A stretch of DNA of 64,000 bases. It comes from an uncultured bacterium. Its GTDB lineage: Bacteria; Eisenbacteria; RBG-16-71-46; CAIMUX01; WJJG01. Made by a program: the position numbers and the translations under genes. The stretch covers positions 973 through 64,972 of the forward strand of contig CAZDKK010000018.1 in NCBI GenBank assembly GCA_964506245.1, written 5' to 3'. The notes under the pieces were generated by a model, which was given only the letters and a program-made list of their open reading frames with translations, did not search any database and was not told the origin of the DNA. This document shows, piece after piece, positions 48,151-55,965 of this stretch (positions are counted from its first letter, which is position 1; each line of letters begins with the position of its first letter).

Positions 48151-49644
48151 GTGGACATCCTGGCGATTCATCCGCAGGAGCCCGAGCGAGCGGTCTTCGA
48201 GAAGATGCCGCCCCTGGGCATGCTGTGGATTGCGGGTGAGCTGCGCAAGGCCGGCTACGAGGTTGCCTTCTACGACCAGCAGGTCGATGAGCGCACACCC
48301 GAGGAGATCGTGCGTGCCGCTCGACCGCGCTTGGTTCTGATCGGAGGCACGACCCACAGCCGCTTCGCATCCTTCGCCGCGGCGCGGGCCGTCAAGCAGG
48401 TGGATCCCAGCGCGCTGGTTGTCTACGGCGGCCCCCACGCCTCCTTCACCGCGCCGGACACGCTCACCCACATCACCGAGATCGACATCGTCGCCCATGG
48501 CGAGGGCGAGGAGACGGCGCTCGAGCTGGCAGAGTGGGCGCTGCGCGGCGCAGGCCGACCCGAGGACCTCGGGCGTATCCGGGGCATCTCCTATCGTCGG
48601 GACGGCCAGGTGGCTCGCACGCCGGATCGGCCACCCATCGCCGACCTCGACCGGCTGGGCCCGCCCGCGCGCGACCTCGTTCCCCTCGATCGCTACGCCA
48701 TGCAGATGGACTACCTCAGTCGCCCCGGCGCGTCGGTGGTGAGCGCCCGAGGGTGTCCGATCCTGTGCACGTTCTGCTCCGCGGCGGCCATGTTCGGGCG
48801 AACCTACCGCACGCGCACGCCGGCCCTGGTGGTGGACGAGATCGAGGGCCTGCTCGCCCAGGGCGCCGAGGGCATCAAGATCTTCGACAGCACCTTCACG
48901 CTGAGTCGCCGTCACGTGGAGGAGTTCTGCGACGAAATCAAGAGGCGCGATCTGCGCTTCCCCTGGGAGTGCGAGATCCGGGTCGGATCGGTCGACAAGG
49001 TGCTGCTGGCGAAGATGCAGGTCGCCGGCTGCTACTACATCGACGTCGGCATCGAGTCGGGTTCCCAGCGCGTGCTGGATGAGTGCGTCGGCAAACGGAT
49101 TTCACTCGGCGATGCCCGCCGGACGCTGGAGTGGGCGCGCGAGCTGGGTCTCCTCGCCAAGGTCTTCTACACGGTCGGCCACCCCGGAGAGACATTTGCC
49201 GAGGGTTTGCGGACCCTCGCCTTCATGGCCCGCACGCGCCGGAGCACGCGGCTCCAGGCCTGCCGGATCGGCGTCAAGGTCTATCCCGGAACGCAGGTCG
49301 CGGACTACGCCGAACGCAAGAAACTCATGCCCCCAGGCTTCCGGTGGTCGGCTCCGTATGATAACGAGGACAATCGCGCGCTGCTGAGCGAGCTCGACAC
49401 CGTGCCCGTGTTGATCCAGCCGCAGCTAGGGCTGCGCGAGCTGCGACGGCTGCGCGTGCTGTTTCTGCTGATGCGCTCGTTCTCCGCGCGGTATCTGTTC
49501 GCCAAGGTGGGAGCACTGCTGCGCGGCGAAGGGCTGCCGGAGAATGCGCGCGCGCTTCTGCGCGGGAGGGCGGGAACGCCCCGAGGACCCAGCGATCAGG
49601 GTCGCACAGATCCACCCGCGGGCAGATCGCCGGCGAGGGAATAG
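48151..49644 (+). CDS. B12-binding radical SAM enzyme (class B methyltransferase-like)
   Basis: PPLGMLWIAGEL, VVYGGPHAS, DIVAHGEGE, SARGCPILCTFC, DSTFT, GIESGSQRVL. Confidence 0.93.
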   Translation: MDILAIHPQEPERAVFEKMPPLGMLWIAGELRKAGYEVAFYDQQVDERTPEEIVRAARPRLVLIGGTTHSRFASFAAARAVKQVDPSALVVYGGPHASFTAPDTLTHITEIDIVAHGEGEETALELAEWALRGAGRPEDLGRIRGISYRRDGQVARTPDRPPIADLDRLGPPARDLVPLDRYAMQMDYLSRPGASVVSARGCPILCTFCSAAAMFGRTYRTRTPALVVDEIEGLLAQGAEGIKIFDSTFTLSRRHVEEFCDEIKRRDLRFPWECEIRVGSVDKVLLAKMQVAGCYYIDVGIESGSQRVLDECVGKRISLGDARRTLEWARELGLLAKVFYTVGHPGETFAEGLRTLAFMARTRRSTRLQACRIGVKVYPGTQVADYAERKKLMPPGFRWSAPYDNEDNRALLSELDTVPVLIQPQLGLRELRRLRVLFLLMRSFSARYLFAKVGALLRGEGLPENARALLRGRAGTPRGPSDQGRTDPPAGRSPARE

Positions 49645-49723
49645 TCTTGTGGAGTCGACTTGCGACCGATTGGCAGTGTGGCTGCGTGCTATCGTGACAG
49701 GAAGTCCATGGGGTATTTCGGGA

Positions 49724-52381
49724 ATGGCGTTTCCGGGCCCGCAGTTCCGCTCCGTCGCCGTGGAGATCGCGGTCGGCTTCGCGCTCGCGGCCTCCGTCGC
49801 GGCCGCGGCATTCGAGTGGCCGCTGCGCATCAACTGCGGCGGCGAGGCGCTCGAGCTGGACGGCGGCGGCGCGTACCTGGCCGACGTCCCCTACGACGCG
49901 GCGCGCGGTTTCGGCTACCTTGACGGCGAGGCGTTCGAGAGCCGCATCCGCGTCGGCGTCGGCGGCACGGCCGTCCCGGACCTCTACCTCACTGAGCGCG
50001 TTGGCTCCTTCACGTACCGCTTCGATCTCCCCCCGGGCGAGTACGTCCTCACGCTGCGCCTGGCTGCGATCCTGAACCATGGAGAGTGTCTCGGCCGCTT
50101 TGACATCGCGCTGGGCGCGCAGCTCCTGGCCGATAGCATCGACCTGGCGGCGCGCGCTCCGCGGGGCTATGCGCAGGACCTGCGCTTCATCGTGATGAGC
50201 ACCGGCGGGCCGGCATCGATCCACTTCCCGGCCGCGCTGGGGCAGGCCGAACTGGCCGGCATCGAACTGGAACCGTTCCCGGCCGACCTCCCCGATCCCG
50301 AAGGGGTGGAGGGACTGGAGGCCTGGTCCTGTCCCGGGGGCGTGTTCCTGCACTGGGACGCGCCGTATCCCGAACGGATTCTTGCCTTCCGGCTCTGGCG
50401 CGCGCCCGGCGCGGGCGGAGACTTCGCCGAACTGCTCCAGTGCGCCGGCCTGATGCAGCGCTACTGGGACGGCGACGTGCAACCCGGGGTGACCTACCGG
50501 TACCGCGTTGCCAGCGTCGATCTCCTCGGGCGTGAAAGCGAGGCATCGGAGGTAGATCGGCTGACGTCGCTTCCCCTCGATGGAAGCCGCCAACCGACCT
50601 TCGATCTGCGGATCGATCCCGACAGCCTGCGACTCATCCTCGGGGATCCCTTTCGGGAGCATTGGGTCCGCGCGCAAATCCTGGTTCCCGAGGGCGGCGC
50701 GCAGGACATCCGCATCCGCGTGCGCGGCGACGCTTCGCGCTACTCGCAGAAGAAGTCGTTCAAGGTCAAGTTCCTGAAGGGCGGATCCTACGCCGGCCGC
50801 GACATCCTGAACCTGGTTTGGAAGAACGAGCCGACCTTCCAGCGCGAGGCCCTGGCAGCGGCCGTCTTCCGCTGGGGCGGTGTGCACGCCGCGGGGGTCG
50901 ACTTCCTGCATCTGACCATGAACGGACGCGACCAGGGCCTGTACTACCGCATCGAGCAGATCGATGATCAGTACCTACAAGCGCGAGGCTGGGACCGCAC
51001 CGGGCCGCTCATCGAAGTCGAGGGTGGCAACATGGACCTCCTGCCCGATTCAGAAGCATACGCCCGCGCCTACGATCGCAAGACGGGTGACGAAGACGAC
51101 CTGTCGCCATTCATCGAACTGGTCGAGACCGTCAACCTGACCGACGCCACCGCCTTCCCCGAGACCATCTGGGACGCGCTGGACGTCGAGGAGTTTCTCG
51201 ACTGGTACGCGCTCATCGTTCTCATGGTCGACTACGACATCACCCGCGGAAACCACTACTTCTTCAGACCGTCCGCGGGAGGACGGTGGCGCATCTTGCC
51301 CTGGGACAACGAGCTGTCCTTCTCACACCGGCTCGCCCTGGACATGCCCCTCGACCTCGGGGCGGAGGGCAGCGAGCGGGAGCTCCCGGCCGGACCGAAC
51401 CGCCTGATCACGCGGATCCTCGACGTGGAGGGCTTCCGCCGCCTGCACGCCATGAAGCTCAGTCTCCTGCTCTCCGAGGTCTTCACGGAGGAACGCCTGC
51501 TGGCCGCCATTGACAGCCTCTTCGAAGCCGTGCGCGAGGATGCGATGCGCGACCACCGCAAGTCGACCTGGGAGGACAACGAGGCGTTCTTGGACGAGGT
51601 GGACAATCTGCGCCGGTTCGTTGTCTGGCGTCGCACATTCGTACAAGAACAGCTGCCTGCCTGGGCTCCGCCCCGCGAGGACCTGCGCTTCAGTGAACTC
51701 TCCGTGCAGCCCGACGGTACGGGTTTCGTCGAGTTGCACAATCCAACCAGTGAATCGCAAGCGCTCGGGGTGCTGCTCCTGACCGACCGCCCATTCATCG
51801 GCACGCAGACTACCTGGCGACCGGGTGGGGGGACGCTGGCGCCGGGCGGTCACCTGGTGATCGGCCTAGGGAGTGGATCGGCGCTGGGCCGCGCGGTTGC
51901 ACCATTCCGTCCGCCGGGCGCTGGGCGTTGCCTGGCCCTCTTCCGCGAACGGGCGGGGGAATTCGAACTCCTCGATGTGGTCTCGTGGCCCGCCTTCCTG
52001 GCCGACGGGACCCTGGTGCAGCAGGGCGGGTCGGGACGATCGTGGGCGGTGATGGACTGGCCCACGCCCGGATGGGACCCCGGACCCGCGTCCGACGGCC
52101 GGCTCCCGGATCTGCAGCGCGCCGCAGTGCGCCCCCAGCCGGCCCGGGGGTCGGTGCTCCTGCTGGGCACCCTGGAGCAGGCGGGCGAGTGCCAGCTCGA
52201 TCTCTTCGACGTGCAAGGCCAGCGGGTGCGGCGGCTGCTCTGCGGCTGGATGCCGGAGGGGACCTTCGCGATTCCCTGGGACGGTCTGAGTCAGGCGGGT
52301 CATCCGGCTACCAGCGGCGTCTACTTCGCGCGCCTGGCCGGGTCGCATGGTCCGCCCGCTCGCGTGGTCCGCGTGCGCTGA
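49724..52381 (+). CDS. CotH-family kinase with malectin, FN3, lamin-tail-like and FlgD-Ig/T9SS-like domains
   Basis: LRINCGG...YLAD (malectin); LHWDAP (FN3); IRVRGDASR..QKKSFKVKF, GLYYRIEQID, DYD...GNHYF, ILPWDNELSF (CotH); FSEL...FVELHNP (LTD); WDG...SGVYFARL...RVVRVR. Confidence 0.9.
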   Translation: MAFPGPQFRSVAVEIAVGFALAASVAAAAFEWPLRINCGGEALELDGGGAYLADVPYDAARGFGYLDGEAFESRIRVGVGGTAVPDLYLTERVGSFTYRFDLPPGEYVLTLRLAAILNHGECLGRFDIALGAQLLADSIDLAARAPRGYAQDLRFIVMSTGGPASIHFPAALGQAELAGIELEPFPADLPDPEGVEGLEAWSCPGGVFLHWDAPYPERILAFRLWRAPGAGGDFAELLQCAGLMQRYWDGDVQPGVTYRYRVASVDLLGRESEASEVDRLTSLPLDGSRQPTFDLRIDPDSLRLILGDPFREHWVRAQILVPEGGAQDIRIRVRGDASRYSQKKSFKVKFLKGGSYAGRDILNLVWKNEPTFQREALAAAVFRWGGVHAAGVDFLHLTMNGRDQGLYYRIEQIDDQYLQARGWDRTGPLIEVEGGNMDLLPDSEAYARAYDRKTGDEDDLSPFIELVETVNLTDATAFPETIWDALDVEEFLDWYALIVLMVDYDITRGNHYFFRPSAGGRWRILPWDNELSFSHRLALDMPLDLGAEGSERELPAGPNRLITRILDVEGFRRLHAMKLSLLLSEVFTEERLLAAIDSLFEAVREDAMRDHRKSTWEDNEAFLDEVDNLRRFVVWRRTFVQEQLPAWAPPREDLRFSELSVQPDGTGFVELHNPTSESQALGVLLLTDRPFIGTQTTWRPGGGTLAPGGHLVIGLGSGSALGRAVAPFRPPGAGRCLALFRERAGEFELLDVVSWPAFLADGTLVQQGGSGRSWAVMDWPTPGWDPGPASDGRLPDLQRAAVRPQPARGSVLLLGTLEQAGECQLDLFDVQGQRVRRLLCGWMPEGTFAIPWDGLSQAGHPATSGVYFARLAGSHGPPARVVRVR

Positions 52382-52652
52382 TATCGCGGCGCCTGCGAGG
52401 TGGAGTTGACTCCCCACCCGCCTGTGCCCAGACTCCGGTGCAACGGCTCCCAGGCGAGTGTCACTTCGGATCAGTAGGCCAACGACGTGACCGATCTAGG
52501 CGAAAGACTGATCCCGCGCAGTCGACCTGCAACCAGGTGACTCCACCTCGCTCGGATCCTTGACGACCGGTGGACTTGGGGGTTCGGATCTTGACCTGCC
52601 CGGAACCCCTCCCGCATTCTGCCGGAGCTCCGGGGCGACGCCGCCGGGCAGG

Positions 52653-54044
52653 ATGCAGGTCATGCGAATCAGCGACGTTTCGTACAAGCCGTTCGATGCC
52701 GTGATCGCCCTCATGGTCCTCACGGGCATCGCCGGTCTGGTCGCTTTCGGGATGGTGATGCTGGCCCACCCCGAGCGATCCCTCTGCTCCGGGGACGTGG
52801 CCTACGTGCGGATGGCCCGCACGATCACCGCGGAAGGCCCGCTCTGCCTCGAATCCGCGACCGGCTCCCCTGAGCTGCACCGCACGCCCGGCTACCCCCT
52901 CTTCCTCGCGGCGGTGGCGCCGTGGCGCGGGATGGGCGGTTTGCGGCTGCTGCTCATGCTGCAGGCCCTGCTGACCCTCGGCACAGCAGTGCTGCTGACG
53001 GATACCGCCCGTTGTTGGTGCGGGCCCGAACGCGGGCGGAAGCCGCTGGTGGCGGGCGCCTTGTGGCTTTCGAACCCCGCCGTGCTCGTTCTGGCATACC
53101 AGGTACTCAGCGAGATCCTGTTTGTCTTCCTGCTGGTCCTATCCCTGTGGGTGTTCGTGCGCGGCCTGCGCACGCGACAGCGCTGGTCGCCGGCGCTGGC
53201 AGGGATGTCCCTGGGTGCATCGATTCTCGTGCGGCCGATCGGATTGGTCCTGATCCCGGCTGCTGTGGGTGCGTGGGTTGTCGGCACCCGGCGCACCCGA
53301 TCCGCGGGCGAGGCCGTGCCGCCGCGAATGGATGCTCCCGCCGTACGACGCGGTCATCTCATCCCATGGATCGCTGGCGTGGCCGTGCTGCCCGGACTCT
53401 GGTTGTTGCACAACGGCGTCGACCACGGCTACTGGGGCATCTCCAAGACCGGTGTCTCCTTCGCCTATTCCGCCTACGGTGAGCCGTACCTGGCGGCACG
53501 CGTCCGGACGGAGGGGCTGAACGCCTACGACACCGGGGAAGTCGCGGCCGGGGGCGCGCTGACTGCGGTGGCGAGCAGCATTCTCAAGCACCCCGGGGCC
53601 TTCGCGCGGACCTGGCTGGAGGGCGCGTTCATGACCGCGCTGGGGCCCGGGGAGTGGACCATGCGCAGGGCGCTGCTGGGCGAGCTGGCCACTCGTCCCG
53701 GAACGCCGTTGTCGGTCACCACCATCTCCCAATCCGACCAAGGCCTCGTGTTCGAGACCGGGACGATCACCGGGGATGTGAAACCGCAGCCCCGCACACC
53801 CACCGTCTATCTGCTCGTCCTGTGGAGTGTCGCTGTGACGGCCGTCACCTACATCGCCGCCCTGAAAGGCGCGGTCGCCGGACTGCGCCGTCGTGACCCG
53901 TTGGCCGCCTTCTGCGTGCTGGCCATCCTGTTACTGCTGGTGGGATCCTCCGGGTACCAAGCGCACGCGCGATTCCGCGTGCCGATGATTCCCTATCTCA
54001 CCTTGCTGGCAACACTGGCACGACCCCCAGCGCGCCACCTCTGA
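52653..54044 (+). CDS. GT-C fold (ArnT/GT39-like) membrane glycosyltransferase
   Basis: GDVAYVRMA, RTPGYPLFLA, LSEILFVFL, ILVRPIG, ARFRVPMIP; many TM helices. Confidence 0.8.
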   Translation: MQVMRISDVSYKPFDAVIALMVLTGIAGLVAFGMVMLAHPERSLCSGDVAYVRMARTITAEGPLCLESATGSPELHRTPGYPLFLAAVAPWRGMGGLRLLLMLQALLTLGTAVLLTDTARCWCGPERGRKPLVAGALWLSNPAVLVLAYQVLSEILFVFLLVLSLWVFVRGLRTRQRWSPALAGMSLGASILVRPIGLVLIPAAVGAWVVGTRRTRSAGEAVPPRMDAPAVRRGHLIPWIAGVAVLPGLWLLHNGVDHGYWGISKTGVSFAYSAYGEPYLAARVRTEGLNAYDTGEVAAGGALTAVASSILKHPGAFARTWLEGAFMTALGPGEWTMRRALLGELATRPGTPLSVTTISQSDQGLVFETGTITGDVKPQPRTPTVYLLVLWSVAVTAVTYIAALKGAVAGLRRRDPLAAFCVLAILLLLVGSSGYQAHARFRVPMIPYLTLLATLARPPARHL

Positions 54045-54262
54045 GGCCGGAACCGATCTTTGATCCCTCGCTCCCCAGACGCTCGCCACAGATCGGAGGT
54101 TCAACAGCGAGGCCGCGCTCGCCGGCCGTCCGCAGCGGCATCCGTGCATGGCCCTGCACAGGTCGCGCGCACTAGTCCAGAATCGGCATGGCAGGGATCC
54201 GGCAGCCAGTCTCGCCAGTGACCCTGCGCGTGGATACGCCGCCGTAGCACCTTCGCCGCACC

Positions 54263-55582
54263 TCACCCCACCCCGTACCGCCTCTTCAGCCGGAACCCGT
54301 CCTTGACCGCCTCGCGCTCCAGCTCCTCGCGAAAGCCGGGGTGAGCGATCTGCACGAGCTTCTCGGCGCGCTTGCCGAAGGGCAGGCCCGCCAGGTCGAC
54401 CGCGCCGTACTCGGTGACGACCCAGGAAACGTCACCCTGGCTGGTCACCACCCCGGCTCCCTCGGGCAGCCGCGGCACGATGCGCGAGATGCGCTTGCCG
54501 CCGATCGTGGCGGTGGAGGGCAGCGTGATCACCGGCTTGCCGCCCGGGCTCAGCGATGCGCCGCGGATGAAATCGACCTGCCCGCCCAGGCCGCTGTAGA
54601 ACTGCCCGCCGCGGATCGAGTCGGAGCAGACCTGGCCCTTCAGATCGATCTGGAGGGCCGCGTTGATCGCCACGACCTTGGGGTTCTGGGCGATGTTGAA
54701 GATGTGGTTCGTGTAGGAGGCCGGCATGAGCTGGATGCCCGGGTGGCCGTCGGCCCACTTGTACAGCTCCTGAGAGCCCATGATGAAGCTCGAAACGGAG
54801 CGACCGGTGTCGATCTTCTTGAGGCTGTTGTCGACCGCGCCGCATTCCATCAGGGCCATCATGCCGGTGGAAACCATCTCGGAATGGATGCCCAGGTGTT
54901 TGCGGTCGCGGACAAACCTCAGTACCGCGTCGGGGATCGCGCCGATCCCCATCTGCAGGGTCGAGCCGTCCTCGATGAGGTCGGCAACGAACTTCGCCAC
55001 GCGCGTGCTGACCTCATCCTCCCCGTGCTGCTCGAGCGTCAGCAGCGGGCGGTCGACCTCGACGAAGGCGTCGATCTCGTCCTCCCGCAGCAGGGTTTCC
55101 CCGAAGGTGAACGGCATCTGCTTGTTCACCTCGACGATCACCCGCTTGGCGGTGCGGGCGGCGTCGAGGTTGATGTCGACGCAGACCCCCAGGCTGAAGA
55201 AGCCGCGGTGGGGCGGCGAGACCTGCAGCAGCGCGATGTCGAGGCCGTTCGCCTGCATGGCGCGCGGGACGTTGCTCAGGTGGATGGGGATCGCGTAGGC
55301 GCGCCCCTCGTTCTGCGCCTGGCGCACGTTGGGCCCGGTGAAGTACGCGTAGTGGGTGAAGGACTCCGTGTACTCGGGCTTCACGTAGGGTGCGGACTCA
55401 TCCGTCGTGCCGAGGGTGAGGATGTGGTAGACCTCGACGTCGCGCAGCTCGGGGGCGCGGCGCGTCATGGCCTGGACGAGCCCCACCGGCACGGCCCCAC
55501 CCGATCCGACGAACACCTTGTCCCCGGAGCGGATCATCCGGACCGCTTCGTCGGCGCTCATGACCTTCGAACTGGGCAACAT
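54263..55582 (-). CDS. Acetyl-CoA hydrolase/CoA-transferase family protein (4-hydroxybutyrate CoA-transferase-like)
   Basis: FSLGVCVD, VIVEVNKQMP, IEDGSTLQMGIGAIPDAV, LGIHSEM, AINAALQIDL.GQVCSD, SGLGGQVDFIRGA, VVTEYG. Confidence 0.95.
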   Translation of the reverse strand: MLPSSKVMSADEAVRMIRSGDKVFVGSGGAVPVGLVQAMTRRAPELRDVEVYHILTLGTTDESAPYVKPEYTESFTHYAYFTGPNVRQAQNEGRAYAIPIHLSNVPRAMQANGLDIALLQVSPPHRGFFSLGVCVDINLDAARTAKRVIVEVNKQMPFTFGETLLREDEIDAFVEVDRPLLTLEQHGEDEVSTRVAKFVADLIEDGSTLQMGIGAIPDAVLRFVRDRKHLGIHSEMVSTGMMALMECGAVDNSLKKIDTGRSVSSFIMGSQELYKWADGHPGIQLMPASYTNHIFNIAQNPKVVAINAALQIDLKGQVCSDSIRGGQFYSGLGGQVDFIRGASLSPGGKPVITLPSTATIGGKRISRIVPRLPEGAGVVTSQGDVSWVVTEYGAVDLAGLPFGKRAEKLVQIAHPGFREELEREAVKDGFRLKRRYGVG

Positions 55583-55659
55583 GACTCCTCCTGACCTCGT
55601 TCTGGACCCTTACGGGACTCTGCCCAGACTCTCTCGGGACTCTCTCGGGGCTCTCTTGG
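55583..55659. repeat. Seven degenerate 10-12-bp tandem units running into the RBS of the CoA-transferase
   Basis: GACTCCTCCT GACCTCGTTCTG GACCCTTACGG GACTCTGCCCA GACTCTCTCGG GACTCTCTCGG GGCTCTCTTGG. Confidence 0.7.
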
Positions 55660-55919
55660 GAGCCGTCCCGCGCCTCTGCGAGGGTCCGGCGCCGCGGTGC
55701 CGCTCGACGGCGTCCGCAAGCGCCCCACGATCAGCCGGTGAGTCTAGCCGTCGCTGGGGCCCACAACAACGTCGATCGGCCCGGTGGATGGAGGTAGAAT
55801 CCCGCTCCGGCGCCGTCTGAAATCAGGCAACAGGCTGGGGATGCACCTATTCTTGCGATGCGCTTCGGACGTCCCCGACGGTGCGAAGCCCGGCGGCAAT
55901 CCGGTCCGGGTGGACCTTT

Positions 55920-55934
55920 TGGCAGAGCCCTTGC
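55920..55934 (+). promoter_or_regulatory. Possible sigma54 promoter for the outer-membrane receptor gene
   Basis: TGGCAGAGCCCTTGC (GG-N10-GC with TTGC) 31 nt before the ATG at 55966. Confidence 0.55.
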
Positions 55935-55965
55935 CGGGCGGGATCTCAGACTGAAAGGAGTGACC

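Noticed and set aside
55660-55965. Cobalamin riboswitch upstream of the TonB-receptor-like gene (B12 enzymes are nearby)
   Set aside because: I could not find the conserved AGGGAA or GCCCCCGCAACTGT-like B12-box elements.
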